Position numbers and translations under genes: made by a program. Below are positions 36,205 to 45,678 of a stretch of DNA of 64,000 nt, in pieces (within the stretch, counting starts at the first letter, position 1; every line of letters begins with the position of its first letter). Source of the DNA: an uncultured delta proteobacterium (GTDB lineage: Bacteria; Myxococcota; Kuafuiibacteriia; Kuafuiibacteriales; Kuafuiibacteriaceae); contig CAWDML010000001.1 in the NCBI GenBank assembly GCA_963803435.1, positions 2,336,001 to 2,400,000 on the forward strand, in the 5' to 3' direction. The notes under the pieces were generated by a model. The model was not told the origin of the DNA. It searched no databases and worked only from the letters and a program-made list of their open reading frames with translations.

Positions 36205-37767
36205 GTGCTTCCCAAGCGGGGCTCGCGCGTCCTGACGATCGGCGGTCGCCGATATCGGTGGACCGTCCACCCGGCCGAATACCCCCGCGCCTTTCACCAT
36301 GTGATCGCGCAACCCGAGGACGGTGGGGAGCAGATGTTCGCCTTCGTCGCCGGCGCCAACTTCGTCACGCCCCGCCTGGTCAGCCGATTGATCGACCGAG
36401 CGTCCCGGCTCGGCCAGCGCGAGATCACGATCGCCGGTCTGGTCGCGCTGCGGGGCGCGTCGGAGCTCGACGAGGTCGTCGCGGCGCTGCGGGCCGACGA
36501 GCACCAGCGCGCCCTCGCCGCCGCCCTCGACTCGTGGAGACGCTCGCACATCACGGCGCTGGCCGACGCGATCGATCGGATCTCCGAGGCCCTGCGAGCA
36601 CGTCCACCCGCCGATGAGCGCACGTACGACGATGCCGCCTGGCGCGCCGCCCTCGCGGAGGATCAACCGTTGCTGCCGGAGGTGATCGACCTCCTCTTCA
36701 GCCCCGATCCCGACGTCACTGCCGAGCGGGCGCTCCTCCTCTCGAGGGCCCGGCCCGACGATCCGCGGATCGCCCGCCGCCTCCTCGAAGGCCTCACCCG
36801 ACCGGTCCACCCCTACGGACCCCGCGCCCGACCGCTGCTCGAGGTCGCGCTCGAGATCCTCGGCAACTCCGGCGACCACCGCGTCCTGGACGGGCTCCGC
36901 GGCGAGGGGGGGACGGCGCTGGCCCAGCACGCGGTAGGGATGCGGCACTGGGTGTGGACCGAGCTGGAACGGGCGGTCCAGCGGCTGGAGCGCGGCTTTC
37001 CGCTGGGCGAGCCGTACCTCGTCGATGCGGAGCCGATGCTCGAGGCCATCCAGGTCCAGCTCGGGCTGACGCCGCCCGAGGCGCCTCCCGGTGCGCCCGA
37101 CCTGCTGGCGGCGCTCCAGACCGATCCCAGCGACGACAACCTGCGGCGCGTCTACGCCGATCTGCTCCTCGACGCCGACGATCCCCGCGGCGAGATGATC
37201 CACCTGCAGCTGGAGCCGGAGCTCTCCGAGGAGGCGAAGGCGCGGCTGGCGCACCTGTTGGAGCTCCACTCCGAGCGGTGGCTGGGATCGCTACGCGGCT
37301 GGCTGGAGCGGGTCCAGTTTGAGCGAGGCTTTCCCGCCCGCGGCCGACTGACGTGGCGCGCGCTGTCGGAGGACGGCGACGCCGACGATCCCAGCTGGGC
37401 GACGGTCGAGGAGCTCGCGCTGCCCTTCCGCAACGTCGACACCGATCCGTTTCTGGCGCGCCTTCATCGGCTGGTCTCGTCGCCGGTCATGCGATCGCTT
37501 CGGGCGATCCGCGAGGCCTCGGTCGAGGTGGTCGAGGTGCTGGCAGCGATCGACGACCTTCGGATCGAACGCGTCCACCTCGCCCCGTTGACTCTGGTCG
37601 ATGGTCACACCGACGCTACCAATCGGCTCCTCGCCGCGTTCGAGCGCGGCTTTGTCCACCTCGCGTCTCTCGAGCTCACCGGGACCTGGCCGGAGGATGC
37701 CGTGGTGCAACTGCGGCGGGCCCTCGCGAAGCGAGCGGAGCTGAAGGTCGAGCTCAGAGCGACATGA
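36205..37767 (+). CDS. TIGR02996-domain protein
   Basis: RRVYADLLLDADDPRGEMIHLQ; FERGFP. Confidence 0.75.
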   Translation: MLPKRGSRVLTIGGRRYRWTVHPAEYPRAFHHVIAQPEDGGEQMFAFVAGANFVTPRLVSRLIDRASRLGQREITIAGLVALRGASELDEVVAALRADEHQRALAAALDSWRRSHITALADAIDRISEALRARPPADERTYDDAAWRAALAEDQPLLPEVIDLLFSPDPDVTAERALLLSRARPDDPRIARRLLEGLTRPVHPYGPRARPLLEVALEILGNSGDHRVLDGLRGEGGTALAQHAVGMRHWVWTELERAVQRLERGFPLGEPYLVDAEPMLEAIQVQLGLTPPEAPPGAPDLLAALQTDPSDDNLRRVYADLLLDADDPRGEMIHLQLEPELSEEAKARLAHLLELHSERWLGSLRGWLERVQFERGFPARGRLTWRALSEDGDADDPSWATVEELALPFRNVDTDPFLARLHRLVSSPVMRSLRAIREASVEVVEVLAAIDDLRIERVHLAPLTLVDGHTDATNRLLAAFERGFVHLASLELTGTWPEDAVVQLRRALAKRAELKVELRAT

Positions 37768-39357
37768 CCTCGCTGCGCCCGGCGGGGTTGTGGAGCGGCA
37801 GGTGGAGCGGTGACGCGAGCAGCCACTCGTACCAGACGCGGCGGCCGTCGCTCTCCCGGAAGAAGGCGCAGCGGATCGAATCCGCCGGCCTTCACGTCGA
37901 CCGGCCGCGACAATGGAAAGTAGAGCGTCGACCAGCCGTTCAGCTCGGGGGTGGCGGTGCTCGGCCGGGTCGAGATACCGATGTCGCCGAAGAGGTCCGC
38001 CTCGAAAAACCCGGCGAAGCCGGTGATGGAGGCGTCGAACCCCGCGGTGAACGAGAGCTCCCGGAAGCGGCGGTGATCGGGGATCGGATTCGGATGATCG
38101 AAGACGAAGCAAGGCTCCGGATCGGCGAGCAGCTGTACCCGGTGCAGCGTGATGCCGACCGGACGCTCGCACTCCGGCTTGCGGTCTCCGAGCGCCGACG
38201 AGAGCCGTGGCGCGAACACCGGGGCCACAAAGCTCGTGGTGCGGCGAGGGATCGAGATCCCGTCCGGCGCGAGCCAGCGCTCGGCGCCCGCGAGACACTC
38301 CGGCGAAAGCTCGTTGTCGGCGAAGCTTCCCAGGAGCTCCGAGACCAGCAGCCCGACCGGCTCGGGGGGTGCCCAGCTCCGCATGTCGGCCTCGATCACC
38401 TGCGCTCTCCCGCCCCACTCGCGCCGGTTGCGGTGATGGAGCGTGACGACGGCGTTCGGATTCTTCTCCACGGCGTACACCACCGTGGAGAGATCCAGAT
38501 CGCGGATCGCGTGCAAGCAGGCCTCGACGAGGGGGCCTCGTCCCGCTCCGGCGACCGCGACCGCCCTCGGAGGTTTGACCTTCATGGCCTCCAGCACCGC
38601 CCGACGGTAGTGCTCGTACTTCGGCAGCGCCCGCTCGAACTGGACATAGGTGGTGCTCGCCAGATGATCGCGGAGCGGCTGCACCGGTGCGATCAGCTGC
38701 TCCTCGAACTGCGCGAGATAGCGCTCCTTGTCCCCGGCGTCCCGCCAGGCCGCGTGGAAGGCCGCCAGCATCTGCCCCTTGTTGCGGCCCCCGTCCACGA
38801 TCGCGCGCTCGGTGTGATTGCGAAACAGGCGCTGGATCGGTCGGCTCGGCAGCGGCACCGCGCCGTCGACCCAGAGGCAATCGACCGGCTCGGCCAGGAA
38901 TCGGTTGGGCTCGCCGGCGTCGTCGTCCGCGATCTCGAGACGAGATCCGGAGCCGCGCATCCCAGTCGGCAAAGGTGCGGACCCGATGCCAGCCCCACCA
39001 CCCCTCCTCCGTCCACGGCACCCGCACGAGGATGGGGGGCGCCGTCTTTTCGAGCAGGTGAGCGCGGATCTGCCGGAGGAGCGGAGGCTGCTCCGCCAGG
39101 GTCAGCGGGACGATCAACGCCGGCAGCGCCAGGTGTCGTCCGAAGGACAGCTCGCGCTCGAACCTCCGCGGGTCCTCCGAAGAGAGGAGACCGACCAGGT
39201 GCTCCCGCCAGGCCGGACCCGGAAGGTCGAGATCCGAGAACGCGATCTTCCCGTCCACGCTGAGCGGAACGACTGAGAAGTCCCAGCCGACCCCGCTGCT
39301 CCCCACGGCCGCGGGCTCGATGGTGTGGCCGCAATATAGGTTGCGCTCGCCGATCAT
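37754..39357 (-). CDS. PRMT5/Skb1-like protein arginine N-methyltransferase (indels near 38940 and 37885)
   Basis: GAGRGPLV, YAVEKNPNAVVTL, VSELLGSFADNELSPECL, VWYEW, HNPAGRS. Confidence 0.9.
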
Positions 39358-39438
39358 CGGATCGGGAGTAGCATGGCGGAGACAAAAAGAAAGGCCCGGC
39401 GCAAGCCGAGGCCTTCCGAGCATCTTCGCAGGTTGAGA

Positions 39439-39705
39439 TCAGTCGGAGCCGTCCATTCGTTCGCGCACGCCGCAGTCGAAGGCAACGCTCTTGGACGACA
39501 CGCGCAGCCGGACGTTGGGCTCGCGATCCTTCAGCGCGGTTCGGCAGATCTCACCGCGGATCTCGATCGAGCGGCATGTCCACCAGACATGCGTATTCCG
39601 GGAGACAGTCGGGATCACCACAGTCGGAGAGACCGTCCCCTTCGTCATCGATGCCGTTGTTCGGCCCGACAGACCTCCGGCGAGCACGAGCAGCGAGCGA
39701 AGCAT
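39439..39705 (-). pseudogene. Fragment of a Cys/Asp-rich exported protein
   Basis: NGIDDEGDGLSDCGDPDC in one frame, signal-like start in another. Confidence 0.4.
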
Positions 39706-39795
39706 GCTCCAACAGAGTAGAGCCGCGCACGTGTAGGTTCAAAGCGTGGGTGGCGAGGAGCGCGGTTGGTTGGGTAGCATGAAACCGCCCACGCG

Positions 39796-41154
39796 ATGCC
39801 ACGGTGTCCGCAATGCGGAAACGAGTACGACGGTGGTACGCACTTCTGCGCGCTGCCCGTCGAAGAGCCGCCCAAGGCGCGCGCCGTCGACGCTCGTCTC
39901 TCGGTGTCGCGCGTGCACGACCCGGGGACGGTCCTCGGCTCCTACGTTCTCAGGCGCCTCCTCGGCGAGGGCGCGATCGGTCGGGTCTATCAGGCCGAGC
40001 ACCGAACGCTGGGGCGGCAGGTCGCGGTCAAGGTCCTCCGGAGCGAGTTCGCGGAGAAGCCTGCGGTGGTCAAGCGGTTCTTCGGCGAAGCGCGGGCCGT
40101 GAACCAGATCGCGCACGAGAACATCGTCGAGATCACCGACTTCGTCGAGCAGGACGACGGCACCTGCTACTACATCATGGAGCTGCTCGACGGAGAGACG
40201 CTCGATCAGCGGTTCTCCCGGACGGGTGTCATCCCGGTCTCCCAGCTGATCCGGGTCGCCATGCAGATCACGCGCGCGCTCCAGGCGGTCCACGATCAAT
40301 CGATCGTCCATCGCGACCTCAAGCCCGAGAACGTCTTCCTCACCACGCGCGGCGACGGCGACCGGTTCGTGAAGGTGCTGGACTTCGGCGTCGCCAAGCT
40401 GGCCCGCGGACAGAACACCCACACCACCGTGGCAGGAATGCTCGTGGGCACGCCCGACTACATGTCGCCGGAGCAGGCGGTCGGCGGCGAGGTCGATCAC
40501 CGCGCCGACATCTACTCGCTCGGTGCGGTGCTTTACGAGATGAGCACCGGCCGGAAGGTCTTCGCGGCCCCCTCGCTCCGCGAGCTGCTGGACCTCCACC
40601 TGTCCGGCCGCGCAATCCCGCCGCGAGAGCTCGCCAGTCTCCCGCAGCCGCTGCCGCCGCGCTTCGAGGAGCTGGTCATGCGATGCCTGGCCAAGGAGCC
40701 GTCTCAGCGGCCTCAGAGCATGCGCGAGCTCGAAGAGGAGCTGCGCGCCATCGCGGACGAGACCAGCGATCTGGTGCGCGTGGTGATGACCGAGGGTCGC
40801 CGGCCCAACGCGATCGCCATCATGGCCGTGATGGTGCTGGTGATGCTGCCCGTCTTCGCCGTGGTGGCGGCGGTGACCCGTCGCGCCCCGCCGGTGCGCA
40901 TCCAGCCCATCTCGAAGGTGTCCGTGCAGATCGATACCGAGCCGGAGGGCGCGCGCGTGCTGCACGTGGAGTCCGGCCGGGAGATCGGGAGCACGCCCCT
41001 GACGACCGAGCTCGACCGCTCGACCACCCCGCAGCACTTCCGGCTGATGCTCCAGGGCTTCGAGGCCCACGAGCACGCGGTTACGCCGGACGAGCCACAC
41101 CGCGCCACGATCGCCCTGAGACCGCAGCGACCCAACGCACGCGCGCACGACTGA
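39796..41154 (+). CDS. Hanks-type Ser/Thr kinase with TM and PEGA-like domain
   Basis: GEGAIG, VAVK, HRDLKPEN, DFG, MSPEQ. Confidence 0.95.
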   Translation: MPRCPQCGNEYDGGTHFCALPVEEPPKARAVDARLSVSRVHDPGTVLGSYVLRRLLGEGAIGRVYQAEHRTLGRQVAVKVLRSEFAEKPAVVKRFFGEARAVNQIAHENIVEITDFVEQDDGTCYYIMELLDGETLDQRFSRTGVIPVSQLIRVAMQITRALQAVHDQSIVHRDLKPENVFLTTRGDGDRFVKVLDFGVAKLARGQNTHTTVAGMLVGTPDYMSPEQAVGGEVDHRADIYSLGAVLYEMSTGRKVFAAPSLRELLDLHLSGRAIPPRELASLPQPLPPRFEELVMRCLAKEPSQRPQSMRELEEELRAIADETSDLVRVVMTEGRRPNAIAIMAVMVLVMLPVFAVVAAVTRRAPPVRIQPISKVSVQIDTEPEGARVLHVESGREIGSTPLTTELDRSTTPQHFRLMLQGFEAHEHAVTPDEPHRATIALRPQRPNARAHD

Positions 41155-41187
41155 CGGCGTGGTACGGCGCCTGCAAAGCCGGAGGCG

Positions 41188-41907
41188 GTGCATCTCGAGC
41201 CAGCGGCCGGTGTCCTCGCGCTCACGCTCACCGCGTGCGCGACGATCGGCGGAACCACCGGCGAACAGGACGCCACCCTCTGGCTCGACGCGCCCGTCCG
41301 ACTGTGGCGCGAACCTGCCAAGGATCCGCTGACGGTGACCGAGCCGGTGGTCCGCGCCGGCGGCCCCCTGCTGCTGGAGATCATCGGTGAGACGTGTCGC
41401 CCCGCGATCGAGCTCTACGCCGAGCCGGGAGATGAATACCGCATCGCGCACGAAGGGTGCAAGGTGACTTGCAGCGCGTTTCAGCTCGACGAGAGCGGCC
41501 GGGAGACGGGTCGAGCCTGCCGGTTCACGAGCCACGAGTCGCTGGCCGCGGCCGTGCATCCCGAGCCGATCGAGAAGCCGATGTCTCGCCCGTTCGAATG
41601 GGCTCAGACGCTCGCGCGGATCATCGAGAGCGCCGGAATTGTGGTCGTCAGCTCTGGCGACCGGGTCTTCGTCGAGAAGGTCCGGCTCGCGGGCACCGGC
41701 ATGGATGCCGGCTTCCGCGAGGGTGACGAGCTGGTGCGGACCGCCTTCAAGGGCGCCGGCGGCCGCGCCTGGCGCTACCGCGACATCGACCGGACCATGC
41801 TCGCGAACACCTGGGCCGTGAAGGATCGACCGGTCGTGATCATCGTGAGGCGGGGCCCCCGGCGCGTACGCCTGGTGCTCAATCGATCTCGACGCCAACG
41901 ATGGTGA
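41188..41907 (+). CDS. Hypothetical lipoprotein with PDZ-like C-terminus
   Basis: Lipobox LTAC; AGFREGDEL, IIVRRG. Confidence 0.5.
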   Translation: MHLEPAAGVLALTLTACATIGGTTGEQDATLWLDAPVRLWREPAKDPLTVTEPVVRAGGPLLLEIIGETCRPAIELYAEPGDEYRIAHEGCKVTCSAFQLDESGRETGRACRFTSHESLAAAVHPEPIEKPMSRPFEWAQTLARIIESAGIVVVSSGDRVFVEKVRLAGTGMDAGFREGDELVRTAFKGAGGRAWRYRDIDRTMLANTWAVKDRPVVIIVRRGPRRVRLVLNRSRRQRW

Positions 41908-43060
41908 TGTCGTCGGTCTGCGGGTCCTCGCCAAGGAAGCCGAACAGCTCACCCAGCGCGCGATCCATCGCCTCGTCGACCGAGCCGGGGAAGCGCTCGA
42001 GCGCGGCCCAGATTCGGGCCTCGTCGAACTGCGTCCCGTCCCGGCGGGCCTGATCCACGAACCCGTCGGTGAACGCGAGCAGCCGATCGCCGGCCGCCAG
42101 GTCCACCTGGACGGTGGTGAACTCGACGTCGGGGAAGAGGCCGGGAAACGGCCCTTCGGCGCAGACCTCGTGGACCCTTCCGCCCGACAGCCGCAGCAAT
42201 CCCGGATGGCCGGCGCTGGAGAAGGAGAGCCGGGCGCGCCCCTGAGCCGTGCGAACCACGTCGAAGCAGCAGGCGGTGAAGTGGAGCTGCTTCTTCGAGT
42301 AGCTGTGCGCGAATCGATCGTTGAGCGACGCCAGGACCATTGCCGGATGCGCCACCGAGCTCTTGACCTGATCGTACTCGGTCTTCACCACCATCGTGCG
42401 CAGCGAAGCCTGCACGCCGTGTCCGCTGGCGTCGGCGAGCAGCACGCGCGCACCGTGCTCGATCTCGAAGAAGTCGTAGAGATCGCCGCTGACCAGATCC
42501 GCGGGGAGATAGCGGGTGCTGAGGCGGATCCCGTCGAGCACCGGCGGTGGCGCCAGCAGGCTCTCCTGGAAGATCTTCGCCTCCATCATGTCCTTCTCGA
42601 CTTCGAGCTTTTGAGCCTCCAGGGTCTGCACCCGCTCCTGCTCCTGCCGGAGGAGCAGCCGGTAACGCTTCTGTACCTCGACGTCTCCCGACACGTCCCG
42701 GAGCGAATAGATCAAGCCGATGGGCGCTCCCTCCGGCGACGAGATGGGGACGAACGCGACGATGGCGATCTTCGTGCGACCGCACGGGCTCATGACCTCC
42801 ACGTCCTCGAGGCGCGTCGCGCGCCCGCTGGCGAGACAGGCGCTCGCGATCTCGGCATGCCCGGGATCGCCCACGATCTCGAACGTCGATCCTGCGCTCT
42901 CCAGCGCGCGATCGAGCTGGCGCATGCGGAGCTCGGAGAAGCCGACGAAGGCCGGGTTGTAGCGAACCAGCTCCAGGTCGCGGTCCAGGAGCAGCGCAGG
43001 ATCGGGGAGGCGATCGACGACACCGGCGACGACCTCCAGGTCCCGCTGGACCTGGGTCAT
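41879..43060 (-). CDS. PAS plus PP2C (SpoIIE/RsbU) phosphatase
   Basis: SGDLYD, DASGHG, AGHP, FTDG, DDIT. Confidence 0.9.
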   Translation of the reverse strand: MTQVQRDLEVVAGVVDRLPDPALLLDRDLELVRYNPAFVGFSELRMRQLDRALESAGSTFEIVGDPGHAEIASACLASGRATRLEDVEVMSPCGRTKIAIVAFVPISSPEGAPIGLIYSLRDVSGDVEVQKRYRLLLRQEQERVQTLEAQKLEVEKDMMEAKIFQESLLAPPPVLDGIRLSTRYLPADLVSGDLYDFFEIEHGARVLLADASGHGVQASLRTMVVKTEYDQVKSSVAHPAMVLASLNDRFAHSYSKKQLHFTACCFDVVRTAQGRARLSFSSAGHPGLLRLSGGRVHEVCAEGPFPGLFPDVEFTTVQVDLAAGDRLLAFTDGFVDQARRDGTQFDEARIWAALERFPGSVDEAMDRALGELFGFLGEDPQTDDITIVGVEID

Positions 43061-43539
43061 GGTCGCGTGGTCGCGCACACGCGTACGATGCCGTTGTCCA
43101 CGGAAGCGGACAGCTTGCAGTTGCCCTCGTAGGCGATACGCACCAGCCCCAGGCCGCTGTCCTCGCTCCGCTCCTGCGCCAAAACGCCGAGCCTCGCCAT
43201 GAAGGCGACCTTGGGATCGCCCATCTCCTCGAGCCAGTCGATGGTCGAGAGGAGCCGCTCGACTCCGGTCCCACCCGGGTCGATCGGGTTGAACACTTCG
43301 ATGGAGACCTTGTCCTCGGCCCCGAACACGCGCAGCCGGAACTCGGGACGATTCGACCAGTCGCCGAACTTGAGCGCGTTCTCGAGGAGCTCTCCGGTGA
43401 CCATGCCGATCGTCCGGCAGAAGTCGTTGTTTGCGAAGATCGTCGTCAAGCAGTTGAGGACCGAGCTCCGCAGGAGCTCGACGTTCTTCCACTCCGACGT
43501 CAGCGGCATCTCGATCTGGAATTGGATTGGAGAATTCAT
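43057..43539 (-). CDS. GHKL switch kinase (SiaB/anti-sigma-like)
   Basis: ELLENALKFG N-box; SGLGLVRI. Confidence 0.75.
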   Translation of the reverse strand: MNSPIQFQIEMPLTSEWKNVELLRSSVLNCLTTIFANNDFCRTIGMVTGELLENALKFGDWSNRPEFRLRVFGAEDKVSIEVFNPIDPGGTGVERLLSTIDWLEEMGDPKVAFMARLGVLAQERSEDSGLGLVRIAYEGNCKLSASVDNGIVRVCATTRP

Positions 43540-43904
43540 GCCGACCTCGCTCGCATCACGAGCAGCCCGTCGGGCTTCTCGAACACACGCAACGCGTCGA
43601 AGCAGAGCTTCTGCCACTTTTGCTGCTGGTCGAAGCTGATCACCAGCTTGATCCGCTTGTCGCGTAGATCGCGGATCACGCCCACCAGCGTCGAGATCGT
43701 CGAGGAGTTGAGATAGTCGAGCTCCTCGAAGCGCATCTCGACCGTCGCGTTCTTCTCGCTCGCCTTCACGAAGAGCTCGTCGAAGAACGGCCCCAGCGAC
43801 TTCTTCGGATAGCGGTCGTTGCTCTTGCCCTTCCAGCTCAGCGTGATGGCCCCGGGTTGTTCGCTGACCTCGATCGAGAGATCACCGACCACCAACTGCT
43901 CCAT
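43536..43904 (-). CDS. STAS/SiaC-like phosphoacceptor
   Basis: LDYLNSS motif; 122 aa. Confidence 0.7.
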   Translation of the reverse strand: MEQLVVGDLSIEVSEQPGAITLSWKGKSNDRYPKKSLGPFFDELFVKASEKNATVEMRFEELDYLNSSTISTLVGVIRDLRDKRIKLVISFDQQQKWQKLCFDALRVFEKPDGLLVMRARSA

Positions 43905-43912
43905 ACCGTTCC

Positions 43913-44542
43913 TCACCAGACGATCTCCGAGAGGATCTCGTCCACCTTCGTCACCATTTGCGGAATGCCTTGATCCTTGGTCAGAAAGCCGTCCGCCTGC
44001 AGCTCGGCGGCCCTCTTGGCCAGCCTCGACTCGGACTCGGCGGAGAAGAGAATCATCGGCACGAACGAGCTCTTGAGTCGTTTGCGGAAGGACTCGAGAG
44101 AGATCCGGCCGGCGAAGTCCGGATGGGTCGGCTCGATCAACACGAGCTCCGGCTCGAACTCGACGAAGCGCTGCAGCGCCTCCGCCAGCGTGGACGTCAC
44201 GGTCACCACACACCCGACGCCCTCGAGCGCTACGGCGATCAGATCGCAGGTGACCTCGCTGTCGTCGAGCACCAGGATCCTCCGTCCCATCGGCAACGGC
44301 GCCGGCGCGTTCTTGATCGCCAGGGTGCTGCTGAGCGAGCTGGCCGCCGCGTCGAGGGCCTCGGCGAGCGGCTCCATCGCCGCGACCCGGAGCTCCTGCG
44401 CCAACCCGGTGAGCTCGGCCTGGATGGTGCGCAGACCGATCGCGTCCTCCAGTCCCCCGGCCGACCAGAGCGCGCCGGTCAGGATCAGGCGCCGGCTTCG
44501 CTCGGCGGCACGTTCCGTGAGAATTCTCGCCTTCGGTTCCAT
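43913..44542 (-). CDS. Response regulator with atypical receiver
   Basis: ILVLDD, PELVLIE (Glu at the phospho-Asp site), FLTK. Confidence 0.75.
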   Translation of the reverse strand: MEPKARILTERAAERSRRLILTGALWSAGGLEDAIGLRTIQAELTGLAQELRVAAMEPLAEALDAAASSLSSTLAIKNAPAPLPMGRRILVLDDSEVTCDLIAVALEGVGCVVTVTSTLAEALQRFVEFEPELVLIEPTHPDFAGRISLESFRKRLKSSFVPMILFSAESESRLAKRAAELQADGFLTKDQGIPQMVTKVDEILSEIVW

Positions 44543-45651
44543 CAAACGAGCTTCATCATCTCGGTCCACCAGTCCTCGGTGGTCGAGTCGTCTTGCTCTC
44601 CCTTTCGCTTCACGTGGGTCAGCGGAATCGCGTGCGGGATGTCCTCCGTGTCGACCTCCGAGGAGCCGCTGAAGTCGATGTTGCGGAGCTTTCCGTCCTT
44701 CATCAGCTGGGCGATCGCCCACAGGACGGCGGTCTCGTCCTTCAGCCCCACCTCGTCGAAGACGTCGACGAGGGCGTGCTCGCCGTCGAGCAGCGGGAGC
44801 ACGGCCAGCAGCGTCTCCGGTGCGCTCCCCATCTCGTCGAGCGTCTGGGGCGAGAGCCATAGGCGCACCTGCGGGCTTCGGAGCGTGTCCAGCGCCCGGC
44901 TCCACTCGTCCATTCGGCGCATCCCCTCGAGGAGCAACGCCTGCGTCGCCTCGTTGACCTGGTTCGGCTGGTCGATGTGGGTGAACTCGATGTCGAAGGT
45001 GCCGTCGCGCCACATCAGCATCCGGTAGACCGCCAGCTTCCCCTCGAGCGCGTCGACGTGCGCGCCGACGACCTGACCCGCCTGGAAGATGATCGCGCCC
45101 TCCGTGTCGTCGCGGGCAAAGCCGCCGCTTCGGTCCCGATCCGAGCGGAGGTTCACGATGCAGGTCTTCCGGCTGGCCTCCATCAGCTGTAGGAGATCGA
45201 TCACCGACAGCCGCGAGAGCGAGCCGCTGAAGCTCGAGGGGCTATCGCGGCGCTCGAGTCGGGAGATCAGGTTGCTCAGATGAAGAATGATCTCGCGGAC
45301 GAAGATCGGCTTGTGCAGGTACTCGTCGCAACCCGCGTCGAGGACCTGCTGCTTGATTTCCACGCTCGCGTCCCGCGAGAGGATGATCACGCCGCAAGAG
45401 TCGGTGCGCTCGTCGGCGCGCAAGCGTCGGGCCAGCCAGAGCCCATCGACGTTCGGACCTGCGAGATCCGTCAGGACCACGTCGGGCCGAAGCGCCTGGG
45501 CCATCTCCAGGGCTTCGTCGCTGCGGCCGGCGGTGTGAACCTCGAACCCCGCGTCACGCAGCTTTTTGTCCAGCACCCGCAGATTGCGGACGTCGGAATC
45601 GACGACGACCAGACGCTTCCCGAACATCACGCCGCTCGGATCTGATAGCAC
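44542..45651 (-). CDS. Response regulator with DUF4388 (PATAN-like) domain
   Basis: REC domain followed by FSGSLSRLSVIDLLQ...LLLEGMRRMDE. Confidence 0.85.
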   Translation of the reverse strand: MLSDPSGVMFGKRLVVVDSDVRNLRVLDKKLRDAGFEVHTAGRSDEALEMAQALRPDVVLTDLAGPNVDGLWLARRLRADERTDSCGVIILSRDASVEIKQQVLDAGCDEYLHKPIFVREIILHLSNLISRLERRDSPSSFSGSLSRLSVIDLLQLMEASRKTCIVNLRSDRDRSGGFARDDTEGAIIFQAGQVVGAHVDALEGKLAVYRMLMWRDGTFDIEFTHIDQPNQVNEATQALLLEGMRRMDEWSRALDTLRSPQVRLWLSPQTLDEMGSAPETLLAVLPLLDGEHALVDVFDEVGLKDETAVLWAIAQLMKDGKLRNIDFSGSSEVDTEDIPHAIPLTHVKRKGEQDDSTTEDWWTEMMKLV

Positions 45652-45678
45652 GTCCTCCGACTTGGCAGCGATGTCGGT

